DNA from: Nitrososphaerales archaeon
GTDB taxonomy: Archaea > Thermoproteota > Nitrososphaeria > Nitrososphaerales > UBA213
Direction: 5' to 3'
DNA: 64,000 nt
Assembly: GCA_965197925.1 (NCBI GenBank)
Contig: CBDAOC010000016.1
Location: forward strand, 32,001 to 96,000
The stretch's first letter is position 1, and each line of letters begins with the position of its first letter. The notes beneath the pieces are model-generated. The model was given only the letters and a program-made list of their open reading frames with translations, did not search any database and was not told where the DNA came from. Made by a program: the position numbers and the translations under genes. Below, piece by piece: positions 50,604 to 63,300 of the stretch.

Positions 50604-53139
50604 TAAACTACACACACAAATAGGACAGATAGAAGTATCTGTATATAATAATGGATTCGATGCAAAAAGCCGAAGATATATACGTTTACAAGAAATTGCG
50701 GACATTATTATCACTGGCCGTCCAATGTTATCGAATCCATCAAGATCAATAAAAGACCTACAAATAGAAGCCAGATTCAAAAAAGAAGAACTACCTCACA
50801 GCGAATACCAAGAATGGAAGGCTACCAACCTTCCTATGTTCCTAGTTACCGGATGCTTTTCAGAGCGTAAGACAAACGCACTAATCGGTCCACATACATC
50901 TCTTATAAATGTAGATATTGATCATGTAACTGATGTAGTTACAATGAAAAACAACATAATAGCCAATGAACCATCATTAGTAATGGCTGGTATATCACCT
51001 AGTGGTGATGGTATAAAATTAGTATTCCATGTTGCCCCAACACCCACAGACGCAACAGAACACAGACAGATAGCAACACAGTTACATAAATATCTATCTG
51101 AAAAGTACAACATACCTCTAACAACAGACAACGAAGATAAAATGGGAATAGATACAGCAGGTAACAGACTTGTCTTTACTTGTTTCTTTTTCCATGACGT
51201 AGACTTATACCTAAACACCCAAGTTCCTTCTAGATTCCAAGGAAATATCCAAAAAATACTTCCACAAGCAGAAGAACCTTTAGAGAATTTCGATTGGTAT
51301 AAATTAGACAATGCACTGAAATTCTACACACCAGACTGTTCGTATGAAGACTGGAAAGACATAGGTATGGCCCTTAAACATGAAGGGTATAAGCGTCATC
51401 AAGAAGAGTTATTCTTTGATAAATGGGATGAATGGAGTAAAGGCTCGGAAACACAGTATGATGCCTCAAAAATGCAAGGAAAATGGGACACATTTAACCA
51501 AGATAATGATAGACAGATAACACTAGGTAGCATATATGCCAGAGCCAAAGACAATGGATGGGCACCACCACTAAGTGCCATAACTTCTACAAAAACCGAT
51601 CAAAATAGACAGTCAGCAGAACAGCAAGAACTAGATCGGTATGCCCAAGAACAGAACCTACCTATGTATCTACGTCCAACTCCCGCAGAAGACACAGATA
51701 TGGCTAGAATATTACAATATATGAAAGACCATATAGTTATTGTAAATAACAAAGATGTATACATAAGAACAATGCAAGGAGCTTGGGATAAAATTGAGGT
51801 AGAAAGAGCTAACGGATTCCTAGATAACATAATAGAAATAGTACGTAAAAAAGCTGTAGATGAATCAGAGGAACATGAATATGGTGGCACAGAATACAAG
51901 ATACGCCTAGCTCGTTCCTTCCGTTCAACAAATAACCACATAAAGGCTATAACAGGCCGTCTACTAAGCCTAGCTGCACGTTCTGATCACGGTATAACCA
52001 CAATAAAGTTAAATGATTTCAATAATAGAATCGTACATAATCCAACACTACCTTTACAATATGGTGCAATAGACTTAACATCAGGGGCCATACTTACTCC
52101 TGATGAGTATGCACCTTTCCATGCTCTTGATACAGAGTTTTGGGCCACAGATTACGAACCTGAGATACTAAGTAAAAAGTCACCAGGTTGCCAAGTAGCG
52201 AAGCATCTAATAGAGACACATTATGGCATAGAACTAATATCTAGAATAGCCTATCACCTAGTAAACTCAAATAAATCAGTTGACATAATAAATATACCTG
52301 AAAGTTCCGCAGGTAAAACAGCCCTAGCAGAATGGCTTAAGTTAACCATAGGTAATGTAGGGATCGACTCTAGATCACGAAGCTTAACTGCTAAAGGTGA
52401 TGCGTACACTCAAGCAACAGCCCCACTAACGGAGCATTTAATCTATTTCTACGATGAAGTAGACAAACTAGATAATGACATACCAGCCGGTATATTGAAC
52501 GAAATGACCTCTGAGGGGCTTACAATCACAAAGAAGTACCAAAACCCCACTCCGCTCTCACGCATCGGCGTAGGGGTCTTAATGGGCGCGGATTGGCCCC
52601 CTATAGATACAACCGCGCAGGGGCTAGATACTCGTATAACATATGTGTACTATAAAAACCTACCACCCATGCCTGATTCCACAAAGAAACTACTTCAAAG
52701 TGATACTGATACACATAAGTACCTACTAGCACGTATAGTAGAACTATGTATCAAATGGGCCAGTAATCCAGAAGCCGAATGGAAAAATTCACCAGAGGCT
52801 AACAAAGCTAGAGAACGATTCTTCAGAGAAAGAACACCCGAGGCTAAACAAGTATTAATAGATAACTACACCTACACAGGCAATGAAGCCGACTATATAA
52901 CACTTGATCACATAAAAGAGCTACTATCAGGTATAACAGATAACAAACAAAACATACCCAAACTGCTATTAAGTGTATTCCCAAAGGCAAAGAAAAAACA
53001 AAAACGTGTAAAAATAGATGGTGTAGAACAGAGACTCTACGTATATATCAACATAAAGATAAAACCCGAAGAAGATCAAACAGTAGAATCAAAGGATATA
53101 GAAGAGATCTCTTCAAAAGTAATTGAAGAAATCGGATGA
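50590..53139 (+). CDS. primase-helicase (BT4734/VirE-N-like + PriCT-2 + SF3-like helicase)
   Basis: VDIDH, SPSGDGIK; YEDWKDIGMALK...WDEWS...KW.TF; SAGKT, FYDE. Confidence 0.85.
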   Translation: MVTTNKLHTQIGQIEVSVYNNGFDAKSRRYIRLQEIADIIITGRPMLSNPSRSIKDLQIEARFKKEELPHSEYQEWKATNLPMFLVTGCFSERKTNALIGPHTSLINVDIDHVTDVVTMKNNIIANEPSLVMAGISPSGDGIKLVFHVAPTPTDATEHRQIATQLHKYLSEKYNIPLTTDNEDKMGIDTAGNRLVFTCFFFHDVDLYLNTQVPSRFQGNIQKILPQAEEPLENFDWYKLDNALKFYTPDCSYEDWKDIGMALKHEGYKRHQEELFFDKWDEWSKGSETQYDASKMQGKWDTFNQDNDRQITLGSIYARAKDNGWAPPLSAITSTKTDQNRQSAEQQELDRYAQEQNLPMYLRPTPAEDTDMARILQYMKDHIVIVNNKDVYIRTMQGAWDKIEVERANGFLDNIIEIVRKKAVDESEEHEYGGTEYKIRLARSFRSTNNHIKAITGRLLSLAARSDHGITTIKLNDFNNRIVHNPTLPLQYGAIDLTSGAILTPDEYAPFHALDTEFWATDYEPEILSKKSPGCQVAKHLIETHYGIELISRIAYHLVNSNKSVDIINIPESSAGKTALAEWLKLTIGNVGIDSRSRSLTAKGDAYTQATAPLTEHLIYFYDEVDKLDNDIPAGILNEMTSEGLTITKKYQNPTPLSRIGVGVLMGADWPPIDTTAQGLDTRITYVYYKNLPPMPDSTKKLLQSDTDTHKYLLARIVELCIKWASNPEAEWKNSPEANKARERFFRERTPEAKQVLIDNYTYTGNEADYITLDHIKELLSGITDNKQNIPKLLLSVFPKAKKKQKRVKIDGVEQRLYVYINIKIKPEEDQTVESKDIEEISSKVIEEIG

Positions 53140-53915
53140 TAAAGAACACCACCACTAGTATATGCCCTAAATGTAGTGGCAGAATACATACAGAACAAGT
53201 ACCCTCGGGTATGGCAAAAGTGCGGACATTCCGCACTTACTGTATTATGTGTGCCAAAACAATAAAAGAGCTAGAAATACCAGACCCACCAATGATAAAA
53301 CCTGATATAAAAGAACCGCCACATGTCATTCAAGTAGCAGGAATAAGTCTGTATACTGATACATTCGCGTACTATAACAATTCCCTATACTTCCTATCCT
53401 GTGTAGGAGCTACACATGACCTAGCTAGAATAAAGCAGACCATACAGAACAACAATACCAAGTTCAGTAAAATAGCACATATAGTACCAAGAACCGCTTT
53501 AGAATATAAACAAAAACTAACTGCTTTCAATCTAGCTTTAACTCCTTTAATAAACGGCAAAGTCTGGCAGCAACAAATGCCTAAACTTGGACAGAATCAG
53601 CAACATATAATATTAAGAGCGCAGACTCCTATTAATAAAAGTGCTGACTATTCATTCCCAGTATTCTCAGTTAACGAAGAACAATTCTCTAGAAGCCTGT
53701 ACGAACAATTACAACGACACACTGAAATTATTGCAATACCACAGTGGGCAAAAGAGATACATCAAATATGTATAAACGAACAATGGCTTACAACAATGAC
53801 ATGCTATGGAAACATAGTAGCCAGAATGTGTAGACCTAATCCGTATATATTACAGCAATTAATCCAAGAAGCTGTTCAAGGGCAGCAATTACCACTATTT
53901 CTAGATGAATTTTAA
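53136..53915 (+). CDS. hypothetical protein with N-terminal Zn ribbon
   Basis: CPKC...CIMC. Confidence 0.6.
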   Translation: MIKNTTTSICPKCSGRIHTEQVPSGMAKVRTFRTYCIMCAKTIKELEIPDPPMIKPDIKEPPHVIQVAGISLYTDTFAYYNNSLYFLSCVGATHDLARIKQTIQNNNTKFSKIAHIVPRTALEYKQKLTAFNLALTPLINGKVWQQQMPKLGQNQQHIILRAQTPINKSADYSFPVFSVNEEQFSRSLYEQLQRHTEIIAIPQWAKEIHQICINEQWLTTMTCYGNIVARMCRPNPYILQQLIQEAVQGQQLPLFLDEF

Positions 53916-54483
53916 GACACTAAAAGAAGATGATCTACCTTGTCTAGAACAAATACCAATACAAAGTATAAGAGATATAATGGCAACACACCCATTTGAC
54001 CCAGACAAGTATAGACAAAATCGCGTAAAACCGACCACTGACACACAATACAATCCGCCTATCCGTGTACAACAAATGATTGACACCTCTCTAGAACCTA
54101 TAAAAACTAGACTAGATAATCTAGAGCAAGGAAAACCCATCGCTGTTAATGCAACTCCACAGTATTACAGACAAAAACGCAAAACAAATGACACTATTAA
54201 TAGAATATTCTTACTAGATAATGACAATATAGTGCACTTTATATTCAATGCTGTAGAAGACGTAGCAACTCCAACCTTACTAGGATGGAGATTGTGGCAA
54301 CCCCATGAACTGAAAAATTTAAGCGCATATGACATAACTGTTAGAGCAGATGGCAAAGTACTAATGCAAGATGTAATATATAAAACAGCAGATGAAGTAG
54401 AGGATGCGGCACTAGCTATAATAAATACAGGTAAAATAAATAGTGCCATGAACAATGCTCCCATGTTATAATGGAGACAAATA

Positions 54484-54579
54484 GGGATAGTGGCAGAGAG
54501 GCTTATTGCGCGTGCCTGCTAAGCGCGTGGATCAGGCATCCACTTGGTTCCATGGGTTCAAATCCCATCTATCCCGCCA
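54484..54579 (+). tRNA. tRNA-Ser(GCT)
   Basis: CTGCTAA loop, long variable arm, GCCA; TGTTATAAT upstream. Confidence 0.92.
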
Positions 54580-54606
54580 TTATTACATAAGGTATGTGAC
54601 ACATGA

Positions 54607-55053
54607 ATGGTACATTCAGCTAAGAAAGTAAACAAAAACACTACTAGTAGAACAGGCACTAGACCACCAGCAAAAAAGAAGAACCCAGTTCTTCGCCCCT
54701 CACTTAACAAGAACTCTAATAAAAAATCGGGAATATCAACTCGAGAAATGAAACAAGTACTAGTACGCAAGTTTGGATTGCAATGTTGGGGCTGTGATTT
54801 CATAGCACCAAGAGAACAGTACTTACAAATGGATCATATAGATCCAAAATCATTGGGTGGCTCCAATGGACTAGACAATAGAGCCCTGCTATGTGCTCCA
54901 TGTAATAGTCTTAAGTCTAATACAAAGACATTAATAGGCCTTAGATTAGAGAATCTACAAAGAGGGCACTCAAAAAGAGAAGAACATCCAATAGATGTAA
55001 TGAAAGCACGAGCATGGTGCCGCAAATACATTAGAGGAAAGGTAACTACATAA
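54607..55053 (+). CDS. HNH endonuclease
   Basis: CWGC...MDHIDPKSLGG...N...LCAPCN..K. Confidence 0.9.
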   Translation: MVHSAKKVNKNTTSRTGTRPPAKKKNPVLRPSLNKNSNKKSGISTREMKQVLVRKFGLQCWGCDFIAPREQYLQMDHIDPKSLGGSNGLDNRALLCAPCNSLKSNTKTLIGLRLENLQRGHSKREEHPIDVMKARAWCRKYIRGKVTT

Positions 55054-55217
55054 TGCCTGCCGTAGGAAATAAAGCCACACGTTTCGGACGTGAACGAAAA
55101 GAAAAGGTTAAAACCATGAGCCGTTCACGTAAGAACAGAGCTTCCAGAAAACGTATACGCTCTGCAAAAGACTGGCGCAGAGCATTAAGATTAAAAGGAT
55201 ACGTTGAAACTACCTAA
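55053..55217 (+). CDS. small, very basic protein (54 aa, not in the ORF track)
   Basis: TAATG-coupled to the HNH gene; MPAVGNKATRFGRERKEKVKTMSRSRKNRASRKRIRSAKDWRRALRLKGYVETT. Confidence 0.5.
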   Translation: MPAVGNKATRFGRERKEKVKTMSRSRKNRASRKRIRSAKDWRRALRLKGYVETT

Positions 55218-55408
55218 ATATGTATGGTTCTTCTTTAAATGGTTACGTCAGGAACATATACATAACAGAACAACGCTACTAATTAAAACTAGATGTATAC
55301 TGTGCATGCACTATTTTGTACTCGAAGAAGAAGACGAAGCAGCGTACAAGCAGGGAATGATACTCCCTAAATGTTTAAATTGCATAATATATACTTACAA
55401 CAAATCAA

Positions 55409-55500
55409 GGAGCGGTGGCAGAGTCCGGCTTATTGCACTTGTCTTGAAAACAAACAGGGCCTTAAAACCCTCGCGGGTTCGAATCCCGCCCGCTCTTCCA
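55409..55500 (+). tRNA. tRNA-Ser(TGA)
   Basis: CTTGAAA loop, long variable arm, CCA. Confidence 0.9.
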
Positions 55501-55872
55501 TATCAACCACAAAGGCACTAATAATGAAACAAACCATAAACAACTACAAAGGCTTACCTATAGACTTCGCCAGACTTGAATGGATTGAAGGTAACAATAG
55601 TTTTTACGCTAATCAAGGTTTATGGAACATAAATATAGATGTAACGAATGACCTAGACATAGTATACGTAAAAGTAAATATGAAAACAGAGCCAAATGCT
55701 CTAATAACATATGGATACAATGAACTATGTAACACCTTCACGATAGAGTATAAAATCCAAGAACTTGCTTTCAAAACACTATTAGCATATATGAAATACC
55801 AAGATCCAACTCTATCTATACGACAAACCACACAAAAGAAAATAACTAGAGACACCGTTAAAGGGCTATTAA

Positions 55873-57291
55873 ATGTCACATAACATAATCTTAGACACAG
55901 ACTCATACAAGCAAACCCATTGGAGAATGTCCCTACCAGGCATAAAGAAGATGGGTTCTTATTTTGAAAGCAGAGAAGGTGCAGAGTACAACGAAACATT
56001 ATTCTTTGGATTACAATATCTACTACTAAAGTATTTTGTAGGACAGCAAGTAACCCACGAAAAGATAGTAGAAGCTGAAAAATTCTGCCGAGAACACTTC
56101 GGCACCGCAGAAATATTCAACCGCGATGGATGGGCACATATACTAGTAGACCATGATGGTAAGTTACCCGTATCCATACGAGCTGTACCAGAAGGAACAC
56201 TAGTACCAGTAAGCAACGTCATGTTTACAATAGAGAATACATGTGACCAATGTTTCTGGCTAACCAATCACCTAGAAACATTACTAGTAGAACTATGGTA
56301 CTCCTGTACGGTAGCGACCATAAGTAGAGCAAACAAACTAGTACTATATGCAGGTCTACAACAAAGCGGTGACATAAACAATCTACCCTTCATGCTTCAT
56401 GATTTTGGATTCAGAGGATCTACATCTCGAGAATCAGCTAGTATAGGTGGAGCAGCACACTTAGTAAACTTCCGTGGCACAGATACCATAGCCGCAGTAC
56501 AATTATGTAAAGAATATTACGATGAAAACATGGCTGGCTATTCTGTACCAGCAGCAGAGCATAGTACAATAACCCCTTGGGGTAAAGACAACGAAACCAA
56601 AGCCTACAAACACATACTTGATACCCACAAAACTGGAATAGTATCTGTAGTATCTGACTCCTATGATATAGAGAACGCTTGTAAGAACATATGGGGTACA
56701 GAACTAAGAAAGTATGTAGAAGAACACCCTAATAGAAAGCTTGTTATACGTCCAGATTCAGGAGATCCTACTAAAGTAATACCTAAGATATTACTTATAC
56801 TAGCACAACAATTTGGTTGCAAGACTAACGAAAAAGGATACAGAGTCCTACCAGACTATGTAAGACTGATTCAAGGAGACGGGATTACCCGCAAGAGTCT
56901 ACCGATAATATGTAAATCTATTATAGATGCTAACTTCTCACTAGATAACATAGTATTTGGATCAGGTGGTGGTCTACTGCAGGATTGCAATAGAGACACA
57001 CAAAGATTCGCACTAAAATGCAGCTGGATACAAGATAAAGACGATAACATAATCCCTGTATACAAAGATCCAATAACCGATGCAGGTAAGAAGTCTAAGA
57101 GTGGAATACTAAAACTAGTAAACAACATAGATTTCAGAATCAATCGTATAACTGGTGCATATGATAATTGGAATCAACTAACCACTGTACCATACAGTGA
57201 CCCTAGACAAGATCTTATGAGAGAAGTCTTCAGAGATGGAGAACTACTAATAAGAGACAACTTAGCAGATATACGAAAGAGAGTTACATAG
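55873..57291 (+). CDS. nadV: nicotinamide phosphoribosyltransferase
   Basis: TDSYK, LHDFGFRG, PAAEHS, VSDSYD, IRPDSGDP, GSGGGLLQ. Confidence 0.95.
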   Translation: MSHNIILDTDSYKQTHWRMSLPGIKKMGSYFESREGAEYNETLFFGLQYLLLKYFVGQQVTHEKIVEAEKFCREHFGTAEIFNRDGWAHILVDHDGKLPVSIRAVPEGTLVPVSNVMFTIENTCDQCFWLTNHLETLLVELWYSCTVATISRANKLVLYAGLQQSGDINNLPFMLHDFGFRGSTSRESASIGGAAHLVNFRGTDTIAAVQLCKEYYDENMAGYSVPAAEHSTITPWGKDNETKAYKHILDTHKTGIVSVVSDSYDIENACKNIWGTELRKYVEEHPNRKLVIRPDSGDPTKVIPKILLILAQQFGCKTNEKGYRVLPDYVRLIQGDGITRKSLPIICKSIIDANFSLDNIVFGSGGGLLQDCNRDTQRFALKCSWIQDKDDNIIPVYKDPITDAGKKSKSGILKLVNNIDFRINRITGAYDNWNQLTTVPYSDPRQDLMREVFRDGELLIRDNLADIRKRVT

Positions 57292-57653
57292 TTGACGACA
57301 GAAAAACTAACAAACAAAGAGTTAGCGAACATACTAGATCGTACATGGAATAAAATTAACCAGAAATTTGGACGGAACCCGTACCTATTTCTCAACTTAA
57401 TCAACGATACAACAATAAGAATCTATCCATCTGAAAAACAAATAGGTGAATGCACAGTTCAAATAACAAATGTTAAACAAAAATACCTAATGTTTTCAAA
57501 GTCCACAACCATAAGCCGTGCTGCCATAAAGATAACAATATCCAATCTATATTCAAAACTCTTTAAAGAAGTACAGAAACAAACAACACCTATAGACAAA
57601 CAAAATATGGATAATTTACAATCCATATTTAATGTAGTAAAATAAACAAACGT

Positions 57654-57730
57654 GCCTCCGTAACTCAATTGGCTAGAGTGCTCGGCTTTTAACCGATAGG
57701 CTGTGGGTTCGAGTCCCACCGGGGGTACCA
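57654..57730 (+). tRNA. tRNA-Lys(TTT)
   Basis: CTTTTAA loop, ACCA. Confidence 0.92.
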
Positions 57731-57748
57731 ATTAATAAAGGAAACAAA

Positions 57749-58318
57749 ATGAATTACGCAATAATATGCATAGACGAAACCGCATCAATGAGAGGACAAC
57801 AGCAAAGAGTAGTATCCTCTCTAAACGAGTACGTGAGTGGCCTACCAGAACATACTCATATAAGTGTATTTACTTTCAATAGAGAAATTGAATGGAAAAC
57901 ATACTTCGACAACTATAAAAAGAACTGGGTTAACATGACTGAGGAAGACTATCGGCCACAATCTATGACACCGCTATTCGATTCTATAGCAAAGACAATA
58001 CATCATGGTGAAAAGGTATCATCTTTAGATGATAAAGTATTTGTCATGATAGACACAGACGGCCAAGAAAATTGTAGCAAAGAAGAAACCATAGATTCCG
58101 TAAAGGCCTTAATACAACAAAAGAAAAATATGGGATGGGAATTTTGGTTCATGGCTAACAGCATAGACCAAATGTCTGCTGAAAGAATAGGTAAAACAGG
58201 CTTTGACCTAGGTATGAACGTAGCATCAAATGTATACCGCGATAGAAGGGCTGTATACAGTGCACATGTTGGACAGACTATGAGTTACTTCAACGACGAC
58301 AAAGAAAATACACCTTAA
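57749..58318 (+). CDS. vWA domain protein
   Basis: IDETASM, TPLFDSI, TDGQEN, GWEF. Confidence 0.85.
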   Translation: MNYAIICIDETASMRGQQQRVVSSLNEYVSGLPEHTHISVFTFNREIEWKTYFDNYKKNWVNMTEEDYRPQSMTPLFDSIAKTIHHGEKVSSLDDKVFVMIDTDGQENCSKEETIDSVKALIQQKKNMGWEFWFMANSIDQMSAERIGKTGFDLGMNVASNVYRDRRAVYSAHVGQTMSYFNDDKENTP

Positions 58319-58961
58319 CCCTATGGAACGAATATTAATCATAGATAAATCCATATTTCATAACAGTCATATAGATTATCACACAACCATAGAGATAAAG
58401 TATAACGAATATTGGAAACCCATAAATCCAGTATTCGATACAATAACATTACATAGTCTACAATTAAAATTAGATAAACAACCGCTCACATGTATAGCTC
58501 AATTCTTCAACACGTTAGTTGCAAAAGTAGATATAAAACCATCATTACCGTTAACAGGCCCAGAAGCTCTAGTAGCGTTACCTAAAGATGCACTTAAAAT
58601 GATTCTAGAACAATGCATAGAACACAGCAACAATAGTAAATTGATTGACATACTCAGTGTAGATAAAACTGACACAAAAAGTAATGAGAAAATAGTATTA
58701 ATTTGGCAAAATAGTGTTAAGAACGAATGGTGGACAACAATAAACAAAACATTAATAGTAGTTACTTACAGACCTATAATGCAAACATTTAAATGGAAAG
58801 CCAACATTTACAATATAAAACGCGATCCATTTAAGAAACATTGGATTAATGAATACAAAACAAGCAGTAGGGAAGAACTTAAACAAAAAATTAAGGAAAA
58901 CCTTACCGACTCCTATAATACCCACAACGACACTACCTGGCCGTAGTGGTATAATATAAGT

Positions 58962-59036
58962 GCCCCCGTAGTACAATGGAAAGTGCATGTGGCTACGAAC
59001 CACAAAATACGGGTTCGACTCCTGTCGGGGGTACCA
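58962..59036 (+). tRNA. tRNA-Arg(ACG)
   Basis: CTACGAA loop; TGGTATAAT upstream. Confidence 0.9.
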
Positions 59037-59349
59037 TTAAATATAAAAATGCATTAAGACAACATGACCGTACTAGAATACACCCAAACACAATATAGAG
59101 CCTTAGAAAAGTTATATAGTTTAACTAAATCTCAACGAGACAACCTACAACATCGTTTAATCACTATGGAAAAGAAATACCATGAAGCCCATAGAACTAA
59201 CATAGAGAATAAAACTAAAGCAGGACTTGCAATACAGCGAGCTGTAGATGCTGAAGAAAGATTAAACGACGCAAAGAACGCATTACATTGTAACCACGAA
59301 TACGAACGTGGATCAGGCTTCTGCAATAAATGCGGATTATAAATAATGT

Positions 59350-59424
59350 GCCCCTGTAACTCAATGGTAGAGTACTCGGCTCTTAACCGATAAGCTGTGG
59401 GTTCGAGTCCCGCCAGGGGTACCA
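59350..59424 (+). tRNA. tRNA-Lys(CTT)
   Basis: CTCTTAA loop, ACCA. Confidence 0.92.
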
Positions 59425-59615
59425 TTTAATAAGGAACAAATGCCTACCACAGAAGAAAAATTAATATCCATTTTACAAAAAGTAGAATACGCAGCTATTG
59501 ATATAAGTGACTACGATGATGAAAGTAAGACACTTACTTATCATACAGGACAACTATATGAAGCAATAGACATGCTCAAAACCGTACTACAAACAGTTCA
59601 AGAAATACGCAAAGA

Positions 59616-60338
59616 GTGCCAATAACAATGCCAACTAAACCCTTCCTAGCTATAGACATAGAAACAAATAAACCATTTCCAGTAGGAGAAAACTGGCGAA
59701 ACGCTGCGCCACTAGGTATAGCTTGTGCAACAGCCTACACATCTAACAAGTATTGGGTATGGGCTGAAAAAGACAATGATGGAACCTACAAAGATCAACT
59801 AACTATAGAGACAGCACAGGCACTAGTGCATGATCTACAAGTATTAGCCCAAGAATACACCATAGTAACTTGGAACGGAGCAGGATTCGACTGGCCCATC
59901 ATAGCACAGGAATCCACTGAATTAGAAACCTGCAAAACACTGACACTAAATCACGTAGACATGATGCTACAGTTAATGTGTGTAAAAGGATACCCAGTAT
60001 CTCTAGCCTCTGCTTGCACAACAATGGGAATGCCCTCTAAAACAGAAGGAATACACGGTTCAATGGTTAACGAAATGTGGGCCAATGGACAACGTGAACA
60101 AATCGTACAATACTGTATACAGGACTCCTATATAACAGCTACGCTAGCTGACATGTGCCAACGTATGAACAATCTACAGTGGACAAGTAAGCGCGGCATA
60201 CTACAAACATTAATGCTTCCCAACGGCTGGTTATCAGTCAGAGATGCATTACAACTACCCCTACCAGACACCTCTTGGATGACTGAGCCACTAACACGCC
60301 AATCATTCGTAAATTGGTTACTACAACAAAATGAATAA
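59616..60338 (+). CDS. DEDDy-type 3'-5' exonuclease
   Basis: DIET, TWNGAGFD, YCIQD. Confidence 0.85.
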   Translation: MPITMPTKPFLAIDIETNKPFPVGENWRNAAPLGIACATAYTSNKYWVWAEKDNDGTYKDQLTIETAQALVHDLQVLAQEYTIVTWNGAGFDWPIIAQESTELETCKTLTLNHVDMMLQLMCVKGYPVSLASACTTMGMPSKTEGIHGSMVNEMWANGQREQIVQYCIQDSYITATLADMCQRMNNLQWTSKRGILQTLMLPNGWLSVRDALQLPLPDTSWMTEPLTRQSFVNWLLQQNE

Positions 60339-63300
60339 CTTAACAAGATTACTGGCAAACATACTACATGTCACTAAATTTAGATGTACATGTCCAAGCA
60401 GTATTGCACAGAAAACAGACAAAGGATCACATATAATTAGAGTATGTGATCCAAATTTTTATAATAGTGACATAGTAAATGCCGTAAATAGTGCATTACA
60501 AGCCGTTACACAAAATCACAGCTGCAAAGGCCCCTGGAACACAAAGCACTGGTGCATAATGCCGCCAAATAGAGTGCCTACTGCACATAACCAAACCACA
60601 GCTGACATTAAACCAATCATAGGAAATAAACCTCAACTATACCCAGCGTTCTTCGATATAACTGCTGTAACTGGACAGACAAATCAAGAAGTACTAGAAC
60701 ACTTGCAATACGCAGTACCCGCTACACACAAGCGTGGACTAGTAGTAGCAGTGATGCCTAATACGCCGAACATGAAAGTATTAGAGCCTATGATACGCCT
60801 ACTAAATCCAATGGAAGTATTTGTATTCGAAGAGAACAATGTAATAATAGGACAACCTACAGCAAATCGTTACGGTTCAGATAGACCACTATCAATATAT
60901 GAAACTACCAAACTTCAACAAATATTGAATACCCTAGAGTATGCATCCATACAAACTGTAGCCAGCTACGGATACAGTTGGGATATATTCGTAAAAACAA
61001 GCATAGATCCCAGAAGTGCTATTGAACCAGTAACAACGGATACATTTGATCCAATAGACCTGCCCGCACACTTAGTAAATGATAGTACATGGACTAATGA
61101 AGACTACTTCGATGACATATTCGACACAGTAGTACATAACAAACTAGAACCTATTGAACCGTTACTTGCTGGACATTTAGGATTGCTACTGCCTGTAGGA
61201 TATCTAAACAACAAAGTAATATACGATAAAACTTCTGACAAAGATCCAATTATAATCAAGGGATCTGTTGAAAAGTTTGAACAAATAGTAGAAGAACAAC
61301 CTAATAAAATAGTCACCGAAGAAACATATGAGATTAGAATAACCACAATGAATCTAAAAACCGGTGAAGTAAGCTACATAGGTCAACAAGACGATGTATC
61401 ATTACCAGACTTCTTACAAAACAACCAATCTGCTTTATATAATACAGCCAAGACTTTATTCCCACCATCAGTAGACTACACACATACAGATGTAGAAACC
61501 TTTATTGATAGAATGAAATCACTAAAACGTCAACCAGTAGGAAAGCAAGGAGCAACAATCATATCTTTAGCATCACATATACGTGATAATAAAAACGCTT
61601 TTTGCATAGGACAACAAGGATCAGGTAAAACCTTCATAGCACTAGGTATAACAACCGCACTTAACTACAACAAAGTATTAGTCATGTGCCCCACTCACGC
61701 AGTGGAAACATGGAGACGCGAGATCAAAGAAACTATACCTAATGCAGTTGTTCTAAAGCCTAGCGGTATCTCAGGTACTAAGCATACAAAAACGGAAATA
61801 CCACTAGACAAGATAAACGATCTACCTTGTGATAAACCTACCTTTATAATGTTACCCAAAGATATTAGCAAACTAGGATTCACTGAAAAGCTAGAACTTA
61901 GACAGTCTATTCTATACAGAAACCAGTACGGCAGGGTTAGATCTAGTAACGTAACTCACAAAGACCCCGAACGCCTACCAAAAGAATGCCCCCATTGTCA
62001 AGATGAACAAGTATTAACACCAATCAAAATAGGTGATAAATACACGGTACAGTGTCCACAATGTAAGTTCCCACAAGAAATAACATGCCCCACATGCTGG
62101 CAACCTATACAAGATGCAAGAAAACTTCTAGCAACGAAAAAGATAACAAAGAAGATATACTGTACCAATAACATAGCATATCATCACGAACCCACGAATA
62201 GAATACGCTTTAATAAATGCGATGCACTACTAACCGCACCCGACACAGATGCTAGATTCCATCACCGTCTAGCATATGGTGACTATATAGCCAAGTACCT
62301 ATCTCACTGGCATGACATATTCATAATAGATGAACTACACCAGTATAAAGGTAAAGGTAGTCTTCAGACAATGGTAGCCGGAAAAATAGCACAGAAGTCT
62401 AAGAAAACTCTAGGATTAACTGGCACATTTATGGGTGGATACGCGGCAAATTTATACTGGCTATTTGAACATTTCATACCTAGATTCCCCGCAAATGGAT
62501 TAGAGTGGAACCGAGAAACAAAATTCGTAGAACTATTTGGTAAGTATAGACACACCTACAAAATGAATCGAACACAGTTTAATAGAATGATGGTAGGACT
62601 AACACGAAGACAGACAGGCCAACGAACACAGATACCTGGATATCATCCAGAACTTCTAAAATTTATATTACCTACATCTGTATTCGTAAAGATATATGAT
62701 ATCAATAGAGATCTATTAGCTCCACAAATATACGCTAAGATAATTCCTCTAGATAAAAACAACACCTTTGCCAAAGGTGAAGCCACATTAAATCAACACG
62801 ACGCATACTTTAAACTAAAAGCAGCGATGGAAACAAATGCTGTCGATAGAGTATCACGTGGAGAGAACTATAACATACTAGCTATGATCCATGAGCTTGT
62901 GGCATACCCAGAGAATTGCTGGCAAGGCGTAGCCCCTAAAGATACTACAACTGACAAGACAATAATAACACTACCAGAGATTCAACTACGTGAAGGAAAA
63001 CTTTTCCCTAAAGAAGAAGAACTAGTAAAAATTATACAAGAAGAAGTTGTAAATCAGAAACGAAAGTGCCTAATCTACTGCACACACACCAACGAAAAGG
63101 CCACATGGACACGAATAGTACAAATACTAAATGATCACCCACTACTACCGAACGTTAAATGTGCATTCATGGCAAGCAAAGGTGCAGCAGACACCCGTCT
63201 AAGTAGACTAGAAGCACTTGCAGAAAAGAATGATGTAGTCATAATTCAACCACAAGCTGTAGAGACAGGATTAAATCTACAACAATTCCCAACTATAATA

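Noticed and set aside
378..62555. Most minus-strand ORFs in the track
   Set aside because: They are antisense shadows of + strand genes; only nrdJ and the EndoVII-like ORF at 37520-37792 have recognisable motifs
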